This document shows positions 1-9,017 of a DNA stretch of 64,000 bases, in pieces. The stretch is from Candidatus Omnitrophota bacterium (GTDB lineage: Bacteria; Omnitrophota; Gorgyraeia; Zapsychrales; Fredricksoniimonadaceae). A program made the position numbers and the translations under genes. The stretch spans positions 15,237 to 79,236 of the forward strand of contig JADFXX010000004.1 in NCBI GenBank assembly GCA_015233335.1, given 5' to 3'. The notes under the pieces are model-generated. The model had not been told where the DNA came from. It worked only from the letters and a program-made list of their open reading frames with translations, and searched no databases. Numbering within the stretch: position 1 is the stretch's first letter; each line of letters opens with the position of its first letter.

Positions 1-204
1 ATGCTTGTCATCATAGCTAAAAATAAAAAACATCCCTGTATCTTTCTTTAACCCCTCCCGATACATCAAACCGCGCTGCATATCCTCATCCTTAGAGACC
101 ACTTCAACCGACACGCAGTTGTCAAGATGACAGACTTGAGGGACCTTTGAAGCCGCATGACAAAGAGAGAAAGTAAAAAATATAGAGTAAAAGTAAAGGC
201 ACAT
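1..204 (-). CDS. DUF192 (COG1430)-like secreted protein, N-terminal part; gene runs off the left edge
   Basis: Not in the ORF track because no stop lies in the window. Manual translation from ATG at 204: MCLYFYSIFFTFSLCHAASKVPQVCHLDNCVSVEVVSKDEDMQRGLMYREGLKKDTGMFFIFSYDDKH. It has a signal-peptide-like start and the GLM-x-R ... GM-x-F pattern typical of DUF192. Confidence 0.55.
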   Translation of the reverse strand, partial: MCLYFYSIFFTFSLCHAASKVPQVCHLDNCVSVEVVSKDEDMQRGLMYREGLKKDTGMFFIFSYDDKH

Positions 205-212
205 GATGGAAG

Positions 213-341
213 CTGAAAATATGCTTTTTCTAAGGCCAGCTACCCCGCAGGCCTGCAGGGGCTGCTTATAACTATAGCCCCGAAAAGCCGCGATTGCGTG
301 GATGGGGGGCATACGCCGGCCGTGAAAAAACATATTTTCAG
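213..341. repeat. Inverted-repeat-bounded GC-rich intergenic element (element F)
   Basis: ctgaaaatatgcttttt (213-229) pairs with aaaaacatattttcag (326-341): 16 bp plus one bulged c224. The interior holds two GC-rich hairpins (ccccgcagg/cctgcagggg and tatagcccc/ggggggcata). Confidence 0.6.
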
Positions 342-347
342 ATTCCT

Positions 348-929
348 TCATAGCACACACACTCCAAACTTCTTTAGCATTGACACCAACTTAGCCAAAG
401 GCAAACCCACGACATTAAAATAACAACCCTCGATGCGGGGAATAAAAAGAGCCCCACGCCCCTCAATATCAAACCCGCCCGCTTTATCCAGAGGAGATAC
501 AAGTTTATGGTAACGGTCGATTTCACGATCGCTCAATCCGGTCATAAAAACCTTGGTTTTTTCCCAACCAACCTCACTGCGGCCGTCACCGGCATCAACA
601 ACGGCCACCCCTGAATAGACCCAATGCGGTTTTTCCATTAATTCTTTAAGGTTTTGCCGGGCTTCTCGCATATTCCGGGGTTTAAGAATAAGCCGGCCTC
701 GGGATGAATAAACCACCGTGTCTGATCCTATCACAATCCCCTCAGACATACGCAAGGCTACATCACGGGCTTTACTCAGGGCATTTGTTTGTACTAAATG
801 CTCACAATCTTTGGTTATGCGTGTAATTTCTTTGACCCGGCCCGGTGCCCGGACGATAAAAGGCAGCCCCAGTATTTTCATAAGCTTGCGCCGCTGGGGA
901 CTGCTCGAAGCTAAGATAAGTTTTTTCAT
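348..929 (-). CDS. maf: Maf-like nucleoside triphosphate pyrophosphatase (septum formation protein Maf family)
   Basis: 193 aa. N-terminus MKKLILASSSPQRRKLMKILGLPF is the classic Maf signature. 4-nt overlap with pyrE. Confidence 0.9.
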   Translation of the reverse strand: MKKLILASSSPQRRKLMKILGLPFIVRAPGRVKEITRITKDCEHLVQTNALSKARDVALRMSEGIVIGSDTVVYSSRGRLILKPRNMREARQNLKELMEKPHWVYSGVAVVDAGDGRSEVGWEKTKVFMTGLSDREIDRYHKLVSPLDKAGGFDIEGRGALFIPRIEGCYFNVVGLPLAKLVSMLKKFGVCVL

Positions 930-1480
930 TGAAGAAATTCAGTGATGGAAAAAATAGATTCTAAAGGGACCTTGTATTGGGCCAATGCCTCACGAGCGCC
1001 TTCTTGTCGATCAATAACACAAATCGCCTTGACGATCCTGATGTTCATCTTTTGCAGGACTTCGATCGATTCCACAAAAGCTTTACCGGTCGTAGCCACA
1101 TCGTCAATGATCACCACACGGCTATTTTCTTTAAGCAATGGACCTTCCACCTGCTGCTGTTTGCCATGCGCCTTGGGTTGTTTGCGGATGATAAACGTGT
1201 CCCTCGGGCGATTGGCCTGATAACTCAGGGAGGCGATGGCCCCTACCATTGGATCGGCACCCAAAGTAGGACCGCCGATGGCATCGATTTCATCTTGAGC
1301 GATCATATCCAGCATGATACTCGCCGTTAAATAGGCACCTGCGGCGCTTAAAGTGACCAAACGTGCATCCAGGTAATAATCACTGATCTTTCCCGACGAT
1401 AAGACAAACCTACCCCTCGAAAAAGCCTGCGCTTTAAGGATATTAAATAGTTCGCTTTTGTTCCGGTCGATTGAGTTCAT
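926..1480 (-). CDS. pyrE: Orotate phosphoribosyltransferase
   Basis: 184 aa. PRPP-binding loop VVIIDDVATTGKAF and the SGKISDYYLDARL motif. Confidence 0.9.
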   Translation of the reverse strand: MNSIDRNKSELFNILKAQAFSRGRFVLSSGKISDYYLDARLVTLSAAGAYLTASIMLDMIAQDEIDAIGGPTLGADPMVGAIASLSYQANRPRDTFIIRKQPKAHGKQQQVEGPLLKENSRVVIIDDVATTGKAFVESIEVLQKMNIRIVKAICVIDRQEGAREALAQYKVPLESIFSITEFLQ

Positions 1481-1484
1481 TGAT

Positions 1485-1781
1485 TTAAAATTGCGGAAGC
1501 TCCAAATTACGGCTGCGAATTTCCACCAATAACATAAGACGGTATTTCAACAAATCTTTATAATTCTTAAATTCTTTGGCACTAAAACCGGAGGTTGCGT
1601 GAAAAGATTTATTCGCATCGATCTCGACAACCGTGTTCATATAAACATCGATGAGCTGGTCGTCCGTGAACCTGGAAATATCTTTCTTTTCCAAAATAGT
1701 AACGTCTGAGGCAAATTCAGCCATGGAAAGAGGTGTTAAAAATAATACCATTATCATCGCTAAAGCAATTTTTCTAAACAT
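1485..1781 (-). CDS. Small hypothetical secreted protein
   Basis: 98 aa with a signal-peptide-like N-terminus (MFRKIALAMIMVLFLTPLSMAEF). 4 nt upstream of pyrE on the same strand. No family recognised. Confidence 0.5.
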   Translation of the reverse strand: MFRKIALAMIMVLFLTPLSMAEFASDVTILEKKDISRFTDDQLIDVYMNTVVEIDANKSFHATSGFSAKEFKNYKDLLKYRLMLLVEIRSRNLELPQF

Positions 1782-1858
1782 AATGCCCTTTCCTTTGCAG
1801 TATTACGATTGCCCCAAATAGTCCCCCAAAGCCAACTAATTATATGGTAATATAGGAC

Positions 1859-2584
1859 ATGCTTCAAGCCTTTTTACAGGGCGCTCTCGAGCTGATATTC
1901 CCTGATAATTGCCTGCTGTGCCGCCAATTCCTCAATAGCCGCCATCAACGCCAATTGTGCTCTCCATGCACAGGACTGTTGGAGCTTAACCCGCCCCCGT
2001 TTTGCCGGCAATGCCCGAGAGGCGTTTCTTTTCAAAACGGCCAGGAGATCTGTCCTTCCTGCATAAAAAAACCTCATGCTTTTGATCATGCCTGGGCCGC
2101 CTGTCCCTATAATGAAACAGCTCAAAAGCTGCTGCATTCCTTCAAATACGGATCAAAAACATCTTTGCATAAAACATTTGTACCGCTCATGATCGATTTT
2201 GTCGAACGCAATCAAATTCCGGTACGGCAATTTAATATGATCTCCCCTATTGCTCTGCATCCTGCCAGACTGCGGGAAAGAGGGTATAATCAATCCTGCT
2301 TGCTTTCTTTACCTCTAAGCCGCCGCTGGGGACTTCATCACGAAGAAGGCCTCTTAATACGACGAAAAAACACTCCGACCCAGACGGAATTAGGAGCAAA
2401 ACAACGCTGGACAAACTTGGAAGGCGCTTTTACAATAAAAAATTGTGCAAATATTGCGGGCAAAAGTGTGCTTTTGATTGATGATCTCTATACTACAGGC
2501 GCTACTGTCGATGCCGCGGCGGAAACTTTAAAAATGGCAGGGGCCGCAGAGATCGGTGTATTGACTTTCAGTTTAACGGTTTAA
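1859..2584 (+). CDS. comF: ComF family phosphoribosyltransferase-domain protein
   Basis: 241 aa. N-terminal Cys-rich zinc-finger region (CLLC...CSPC...CRQC...CPSC) and C-terminal PRTase motif LLIDDLYTTGAT. Confidence 0.8.
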   Translation: MLQAFLQGALELIFPDNCLLCRQFLNSRHQRQLCSPCTGLLELNPPPFCRQCPRGVSFQNGQEICPSCIKKPHAFDHAWAACPYNETAQKLLHSFKYGSKTSLHKTFVPLMIDFVERNQIPVRQFNMISPIALHPARLRERGYNQSCLLSLPLSRRWGLHHEEGLLIRRKNTPTQTELGAKQRWTNLEGAFTIKNCANIAGKSVLLIDDLYTTGATVDAAAETLKMAGAAEIGVLTFSLTV

Positions 2585-2597
2585 CTCAGGTTCCATA

Positions 2598-3686
2598 ATG
2601 CATATTTTAAGAAACTATATTTTGAAAGAATGCCTTGTACCCTTTGTACTGTCTATCAGCGTCTTGACGAGTGTCTTTCTTCTGGGATACTTGCCGCAAT
2701 TGGCCAATAAGGTCATCAACGACGGGATATCACTGACAGCCATGAGCCATATTTTTCTTTATTATATTCCTATCCTAATGGGTTATACCCTGCCGATCGC
2801 ATGCCTTATCACGGTCATCCTGGCCTTTGGGCATATGTCCTCAGAAAATGAAATTCTGGCCATGCGCGCCTCCGGTATTCACCTGCGTCGGTTATTAGTA
2901 CCCTTGTTCATCGTAGGAGTTGCCTTAAGCCTGCTGGTCTACATTCTCAACGACCGTATCATCCCTGCCGCTTATGATGCCCAAACGCGCATTTTACAAG
3001 AAACCGGCAGCCAAAACCCAGCTGCAATGCTTGAACCCGGCAGCTTCATCAATGCCTTTGATAAATATATTGTTTTCATTTACCGTATGGAAAATGACAA
3101 GCTCTACGGGGTCAGGATTTACCAGCCCCAACCTAACAAACCGACCCGCACCACCATTGCCCAGGAAGGTGAATTTGTCCATGTCCCGGGGCGTGACCAG
3201 CTCATGCTCAAACTCATCAACGGCACAACTGATGAGCCTGATCTTAAGAACCCTAATAATTTTTATAAACTTAATTTCCAACAGTCTTTCATGTACATGG
3301 ACCTTACCAAAAAAAGTGTACGGGGTGAAAAAAAATCCAAGGCCATGACCCTACGGGAATTGTCCCATAAGATCGAAGAGATCCGCAGCCTTTTTATCAA
3401 CCCGGCGCCGCTTTTAGCCGAATATCATCGGCGTCTAGCGTGGTCGCTCTCACCCTTGCTATTCATCCTTCTGGGATTTCCTTTTGCCGCCATTACCCAT
3501 CGCAGAGCCAAATCGGCTAATCTTTTATATGCTTTATTATTCGCTGCCCCCTATTACATTTTATCCCTGGCGTGCCAGGGGATAGCTTCACAAAATGTGT
3601 TTAACCCTGCCCTTCTCATGTGGACGCCGGATGCCGTGGCTGCGGCTGTTGCCATTATTTTCAACTGGAAATTATGTACCCGATAG
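2598..3686 (+). CDS. lptF: LPS export ABC permease, LptF/LptG (YjgP/YjgQ) family
   Basis: 362 aa multi-pass membrane protein. Start MHILRNYILKECLVPF and the ENEILAMRASGI motif are typical of YjgP/YjgQ permeases. Paired with a second paralog downstream. Confidence 0.75.
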   Translation: MHILRNYILKECLVPFVLSISVLTSVFLLGYLPQLANKVINDGISLTAMSHIFLYYIPILMGYTLPIACLITVILAFGHMSSENEILAMRASGIHLRRLLVPLFIVGVALSLLVYILNDRIIPAAYDAQTRILQETGSQNPAAMLEPGSFINAFDKYIVFIYRMENDKLYGVRIYQPQPNKPTRTTIAQEGEFVHVPGRDQLMLKLINGTTDEPDLKNPNNFYKLNFQQSFMYMDLTKKSVRGEKKSKAMTLRELSHKIEEIRSLFINPAPLLAEYHRRLAWSLSPLLFILLGFPFAAITHRRAKSANLLYALLFAAPYYILSLACQGIASQNVFNPALLMWTPDAVAAAVAIIFNWKLCTR

Positions 3687-3699
3687 GTGGCCTGACCTT

Positions 3700-4809
3700 A
3701 TGCGTATCATAGATCGATATATTCTAAAATCTATCCTGACCATTTTTGCGGGAACTGTCTTTACCTTTGCATTTTTATTTATCCTTATTGATATGTTCGG
3801 CAACCTCCAGGACTTCATTGCAAAAAACGTAAGCTTAGGCGTCATCGTTCAGTATTATGTTTCCTTCTTACCGACCATTACTGTCCAGACCTCCACCATG
3901 GCCTGCTTGATCGCTGTCCTTTTTACCTACAGTAATCTGAATGCCCACAATGAGATCATTGCCATACGCGCCTCGGGCATGAATTTCTGGCAGATCACCC
4001 GCCCTGCGCTGGTGTTTGCCATTTTTGTCTGTGCACTGGTATTTTTGGTGAATGAAAAATTTGTGCCGCAATCCTCGATGATGAATCAGGAGATCCGGGA
4101 CACTCAAATCAAGGTTGTCCCATCACAAAAAGGCCGCGGTAAGCCCATTATCCATAATCTCACTTTTTACGGCCTCAAGAACCGTTTGTTTTTTATAGAC
4201 CTCTTCGACCCCAACACTAATGAACTAACCGGTGTCACTATCATCGGCCACGATCATCAGCAAAACCTAGTTGAAAAAATCACGGCCCTTAAAGGTAAGT
4301 GGACGGGGATCGCCTGGAAATTCTTCAACTGTCAGATTACATCCTATAAACCGTTATTACCTAATATTTCCGGAGATATGAAAATATCATCGGAAAAACT
4401 GATGGATATCAGAGAAACCCCCCAGGATTTTCTCAAACAAAGGATGGATGTGTCCTCTATGAACCTGCGGGCGCTCCACGATTATATCAAACGCTTTTCA
4501 GGCAGTGGCGCAATCAAAACGATCAACAATCTGAGGGTCAATCTCCATCAGAAAATCACCCTGCCTTTGCGTAATTTCGTTATTATTTTGATCGGTCTGC
4601 CCTTAGTGCTCATGTCGGTGGGAAAACGCCGGGCCATGACATTTACCTCTATTGCCATTGCCCTGGTCATCGGATTTCTCTATTATGTTGCGGATGCAGT
4701 AGGTTTGGCCTTAGCTAAGGGCGGCGCTTTATTGCCTTGGGAAGGCGCATGGATCACTCCCATCTTATTTACCCTCATGGCCCTCTTCATTATTCTCAGG
4801 AGTTTTTAG
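3700..4809 (+). CDS. lptG: LPS export ABC permease, LptF/LptG family (second subunit)
   Basis: The track ORF 3595..4809 overlaps lptF. The start is trimmed to ATG 3700 (MRIIDRYILKSILTIF...), the canonical family N-terminus. Contains the NEIIAIRASGM motif. Confidence 0.75.
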   Translation: MRIIDRYILKSILTIFAGTVFTFAFLFILIDMFGNLQDFIAKNVSLGVIVQYYVSFLPTITVQTSTMACLIAVLFTYSNLNAHNEIIAIRASGMNFWQITRPALVFAIFVCALVFLVNEKFVPQSSMMNQEIRDTQIKVVPSQKGRGKPIIHNLTFYGLKNRLFFIDLFDPNTNELTGVTIIGHDHQQNLVEKITALKGKWTGIAWKFFNCQITSYKPLLPNISGDMKISSEKLMDIRETPQDFLKQRMDVSSMNLRALHDYIKRFSGSGAIKTINNLRVNLHQKITLPLRNFVIILIGLPLVLMSVGKRRAMTFTSIAIALVIGFLYYVADAVGLALAKGGALLPWEGAWITPILFTLMALFIILRSF

Positions 4810-4830
4810 ATCGAATGCGGGTCTAAGAAA

Positions 4831-6003
4831 TCAGGCATGATACACACGCGGCAGGCGATTGCCTAGCGAACAGAGCATTTCGTAGCTTATGGTGCCTCCC
4901 CATGCGGCCAGCTCGTCAGCCGTAACAGAAGATCCTTTTTGAGTACCCATGATTACGGCTTCATCACCCACTTGGGGAATATGGCCTGACAAAGTTACGG
5001 CTGTTACATCTACGATAATCTGATCCATCGTCACACGCCCCACAACCGGACAACGCACTCCTGCGACTAAAACAAAAGCCTTATTAGATAGTGAACGCAA
5101 ATACCCGTTGCTATAGCCGATAGGCAATACCGCAACCGTTATATCTTCTTTGGCCTTAAACGTATGCCCATAGCTGATACCCCGTCCCTTAGCAATAGTC
5201 TGCACAAAAATAATACGGGCCTTGACCGACATCACGGGTTTTAAATGAACCTTCTCCTTCAAGTCTTCCTGAGGATAGACCCCATAAAGCATAATGCCCG
5301 GGCGGGCTAAATTAAAAAGCTCGGACTTATAATCTCCCAGCCCCATGCTGTTACCCGCATGTACAAATGTAAAAGTAATAAACTGGTTTTCCAGTGAAAA
5401 AACGATATCACGAAAATGGCGCATCTGGGTCAGAGTAAATTCCCGGTCTGTGTCGGCCAATGGAAAATGCGTGTAGATTCCTTCTAAGATCAAATCAGGG
5501 CACTCCTCCCTCAGCTTTTCAGCAAAACCCAGTGCCTGATCTTCATTGACACCCAGACGCCCCATCCCCGTGTCTATTTTAATATGTACGGGAATCTGAA
5601 AGCCGGCTTCATGCGCACAGTGATTCAGCGCCTGGGCCATTTCAATCGAATAGACCGACGGCGTCAGCTTATATTTGATAATATCTTGGGCCTCTGCCGT
5701 AAAATTTGATTCGATCAACAAAATCTTCTGTTTAAACTCTGCAGTACGTAAAGCCATCCCTTCCGTGACGTTTGAGACTCCCAAATATCTGCATCCACAT
5801 TTACTCAAACGATCTGCGACCGGCAGCATGCCATGGCCATAGGCATCGGCTTTGATGATAGGCATAATGGCCGAAGAATGGGACATGTTTTTGATGGCCA
5901 GCTTCTGCAGTTGTTCAAAATTATACGCCAGGGCTGAAAGTTCTACATCGACCCATGTCAAAGGGTGAAGGGGTGTCTCAAAATTTAACATTTTATCATC
6001 CAT
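4831..6003 (-). CDS. alr: Alanine racemase
   Basis: The track ORF extends to 6180 but overlaps tsaB. The likely start is ATG 6003 (or 5991): MDDKMLNFETPLHPLTWVDVELSAL. Contains the PLP-Lys region AIMPIIKADAYGHG. Confidence 0.85.
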   Translation of the reverse strand: MDDKMLNFETPLHPLTWVDVELSALAYNFEQLQKLAIKNMSHSSAIMPIIKADAYGHGMLPVADRLSKCGCRYLGVSNVTEGMALRTAEFKQKILLIESNFTAEAQDIIKYKLTPSVYSIEMAQALNHCAHEAGFQIPVHIKIDTGMGRLGVNEDQALGFAEKLREECPDLILEGIYTHFPLADTDREFTLTQMRHFRDIVFSLENQFITFTFVHAGNSMGLGDYKSELFNLARPGIMLYGVYPQEDLKEKVHLKPVMSVKARIIFVQTIAKGRGISYGHTFKAKEDITVAVLPIGYSNGYLRSLSNKAFVLVAGVRCPVVGRVTMDQIIVDVTAVTLSGHIPQVGDEAVIMGTQKGSSVTADELAAWGGTISYEMLCSLGNRLPRVYHA

Positions 6004-6697
6004 TTTTTTTGTCCTTTGAAACTTGGCAATCCTGTGGATATAAATACAGGGGCAAAAGTGTTGCGGCATCATCATATTGTTTCTTTGAAAACCGCTTAAA
6101 GGCCAAAGCCGCCATGATCCTGCTTTGAGGATACCACCATTTTTCATCCGCGAAAAGACATTTGCATTGCTGAGAGACATATTTCAGGTAAGCCTTTTCA
6201 ATGTCTGTACGATAAATCCCCAGCGCATCACCGACAAATAATGTCTTGCCATGTGCTTTTTTTAATACATCATCCAGCGAGGTTAATAAATAATCGCTTT
6301 TTCTGCCCTGCAAAGCGTATAAAGCTGCATATACCTTGCCGCGGCGGGCATCGTTTAACACGCAGATTTCATCGCAATCGCCTAAACTCACACCTTGCGC
6401 AATGATGTCCAAAGAAGGGATGCCGACAACGGGCCTGCCCGTGGCCATGACAAAGGCCTTGACGGTCGCAAGCCCCACCCTTAAGCTCGTAAAAGAACCG
6501 GGGCCCAGAGCAATAGCAAAACCATCAAGGTCTTTGAATTTTACCCCGGCCGAATTGAGGATCCGGTCCACTGCTGGCAAAATAGCATCTTCCAGGACTA
6601 AAGCTGATTTTATATTCCGGAAGCGTAAAACCTTCTCATCACGATTAAGGGCTAATGAGAAGATTTTTGTTGATGTTTCAAACGATAAGAAATACAT
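5996..6697 (-). CDS. tsaB: tRNA threonylcarbamoyladenosine (t6A) biosynthesis protein TsaB
   Basis: 233 aa. MYFLSFETSTKIFSLAL ... GPGSFTSLRVG is typical of TsaB/YeaZ. Adjacent to tsaE. Confidence 0.85.
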   Translation of the reverse strand: MYFLSFETSTKIFSLALNRDEKVLRFRNIKSALVLEDAILPAVDRILNSAGVKFKDLDGFAIALGPGSFTSLRVGLATVKAFVMATGRPVVGIPSLDIIAQGVSLGDCDEICVLNDARRGKVYAALYALQGRKSDYLLTSLDDVLKKAHGKTLFVGDALGIYRTDIEKAYLKYVSQQCKCLFADEKWWYPQSRIMAALAFKRFSKKQYDDAATLLPLYLYPQDCQVSKDKKNG

Positions 6698-7140
6698 ATA
6701 TGCCGCTGACGATCTCCCTTATGCTGCAATTTTACTAAATAGTATTGTTCCGGCTTGTACGTCCCTAAGCGCTCGGACCATTCGATCACGGAAACACCTT
6801 CTCCATAAAAATATTCATCAAAATTAAGCGTTTCGGTTTCCTTTGGGTTTCCCAGACGATAAAGGTCAAAATGATAAATCGGCAGTTTGCCTTTATAATA
6901 ATTCATGAGAACAAAGGTCGGGCTATTCACCTTTTTCGGATTGACCTTCAAAGCTTGGGCCAAACCTTTGACAAAGGTGGTCTTTCCTGCGCCCAACTGG
7001 CCTTGCAATAAAATAATGTCACCGTGTTTTAGCTGCTTTGCTAAACGGGCCGCGCAGAGCTTTGTTTCGCCTTCAGAATTAGAAATGAGTGAAAGCTTTG
7101 ACATTAATTTTTTCCCGATGATTCGCCGTAATGGTGCCAA
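6652..7140 (-). CDS. tsaE: t6A biosynthesis ATPase TsaE
   Basis: P-loop GQLGAGKTTFVKG and HFDLYRL motifs of YjeE/TsaE. The start may be the internal Met at 7104. Overlaps thiL and tsaB. Confidence 0.85.
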   Translation of the reverse strand: MAPLRRIIGKKLMSKLSLISNSEGETKLCAARLAKQLKHGDIILLQGQLGAGKTTFVKGLAQALKVNPKKVNSPTFVLMNYYKGKLPIYHFDLYRLGNPKETETLNFDEYFYGEGVSVIEWSERLGTYKPEQYYLVKLQHKGDRQRHICISYRLKHQQKSSH

Positions 7141-7954
7141 CCGGATAGAAATAAAAAGCCTTTTGGCTGGCCTGCCAATCCATCAGTTTACGTGCTTTCT
7201 TTTGTGATGCCGTAAACAACAGCTCGAAATCTTCCCCGTCGCTTAAAACCTGGGCTGTACTCATTCCCTTGTGCCTTGGGATGGACTCATAATCCAGGCG
7301 CGCTCCTACCCGGCTCTCTTCTATTATATGATTCAGGTCCCCGGCCAATCCGTCAGATATGTCCATCATAGCGCTGGGCTTGAAATTCTTAACTAAAAAC
7401 CGCGCTTGGGAGACGCGCGGTGTAAAATTCAAATGGTGTCCGCTTTCCAAAGACCCTCCCAAAGGACCGGTCACAAAAATCCAGTCGCCAGGCCTTGCGC
7501 CATCACGGGTCACCAAATATTTTTTCTCAACCTCTCCTTGCAGGGCAACGTTTATGATGATCTTATCGGTTTTAATGGTATCCCCGCCGACAATACTCAC
7601 GCCAAAATCCCGTGCTGTTTTCTGTATGCCTTTATACACATCCTGAATAAAATACACGGACAAGTTTTTCGGAATACCGATAGAGACCACCGCAAAGGTG
7701 GGCCAACCGCCCATGGCCGCGATATCGCTGATACTACAGGCTAAAGCCTTATGTCCGATCGAGCGAGGCGGCATGCAACAGGTGAAATGCACGTTCTGGG
7801 CCAACATGTCGGTCGTCAAAAGCAAATATTTATCTTTGGTGTAGGGCAAAACAGCTGCGTCATCACCTATGCCCTTGATCACTGCTTTTGAGACGGGTGT
7901 CAGCTTCTTAAGAGTATCGATCAAACCAAATTCACCTAATTGTGATATTTTCAT
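7079..7954 (-). CDS. thiL: Thiamine-monophosphate kinase
   Basis: 291 aa. GEFGLIDTLKKL ... GIGDDAAVL N-terminus and AIR-synthase-like fold motifs. Confidence 0.85.
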   Translation of the reverse strand: MKISQLGEFGLIDTLKKLTPVSKAVIKGIGDDAAVLPYTKDKYLLLTTDMLAQNVHFTCCMPPRSIGHKALACSISDIAAMGGWPTFAVVSIGIPKNLSVYFIQDVYKGIQKTARDFGVSIVGGDTIKTDKIIINVALQGEVEKKYLVTRDGARPGDWIFVTGPLGGSLESGHHLNFTPRVSQARFLVKNFKPSAMMDISDGLAGDLNHIIEESRVGARLDYESIPRHKGMSTAQVLSDGEDFELLFTASQKKARKLMDWQASQKAFYFYPVGTITANHREKINVKAFTHF

Positions 7955-7979
7955 ATGGTAAGAACCCAGAACAGCAGAC

Positions 7980-9017
7980 CTATCCTATTATTGCTTTAAT
8001 ATTATTTACATACGGCGGTCGAATAATGCCGTATTCTGTCACAATCCCTGAAATAAGTTTCGCCGGTGTCACGTCAAATGCGGGGTTGTAGACCTTAATC
8101 CCACGAGGGGCAGTCGGCACTCCTGCAAAATGTGTAACTTCCTTGCTATTGCGTTCTTCTATAGGGATTTGCTTACCGGATTTGATCTGAAGATCAAATG
8201 TCGAACGCGGGGCTACGATGTAAAATGGGACACCGTGATGTTTGGCTAACACCGCTAACATATAGGTGCCAATCTTATTTGCGGTGTCGCCGTTAGAAGC
8301 AATGCGGTCGGCGCCGGCAAAAATAATATCGATCTTCCCCTTGCCCATTAATGAAGCTGCCATATTGTCACAGATCAAAGTCGTATCGATTTTCTCACGC
8401 AGTAATTCCCAGCAGGTCAGCCTTGCCCCTTGCAATAACGGACGCGTCTCACAGGAATATACGCTAAATTTCTTTCCCATTCTCTTCGCGCTATAAAATA
8501 CCCCTAAGGCTGTGCCATAATCCACGGTCGCCAGCGCTCCGGCATTGCATACCGTCAAGCAATGCATGCCGTTTTTGATCAGCTTGGCCCCATGATCTCC
8601 TATGCGGCGGCAAGTGTCCTGGTCTCCTTTAAAAATAGCCATGGCGCGCTGATGGAGCATTTTTCTTAAACGCGCAACATCAGCATCGGGATGGGCCTCT
8701 AGAACTGCGCGCATTTCTCTAAGCATATTAAATAGATTGACCGCCGTCGGACGGGATACTGCCAAATAATCACAGGTCTTATGAAAATGCTTTAAAAATT
8801 TAGACCTGTCCTGTCCTTTAAATTCCTGAATTCCCAAAAGCACTCCAAAAGCTGCGGCCACACCGATCGCCGGTGCCCCACGCACGGACAGACGCTTGAT
8901 CGCCTGCCACATCGTTTCGACATCACGGCAATAGATATACTCGAATTTATTAGGAAGCTTGGTTTGGTCAATGATGCGTGCAGAACCGTTGACCCATTTG
9001 ATGGTTTCAATAGCCAT
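7980..9017 (-). CDS. mtnA: S-methyl-5-thioribose-1-phosphate isomerase (eIF-2B alpha/beta/delta family)
   Basis: 345 aa. ...IIDQTKLP...VRGAPAIGVAAAFG... is typical of MtnA. Confidence 0.8.
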   Translation of the reverse strand: MAIETIKWVNGSARIIDQTKLPNKFEYIYCRDVETMWQAIKRLSVRGAPAIGVAAAFGVLLGIQEFKGQDRSKFLKHFHKTCDYLAVSRPTAVNLFNMLREMRAVLEAHPDADVARLRKMLHQRAMAIFKGDQDTCRRIGDHGAKLIKNGMHCLTVCNAGALATVDYGTALGVFYSAKRMGKKFSVYSCETRPLLQGARLTCWELLREKIDTTLICDNMAASLMGKGKIDIIFAGADRIASNGDTANKIGTYMLAVLAKHHGVPFYIVAPRSTFDLQIKSGKQIPIEERNSKEVTHFAGVPTAPRGIKVYNPAFDVTPAKLISGIVTEYGIIRPPYVNNIKAIIG

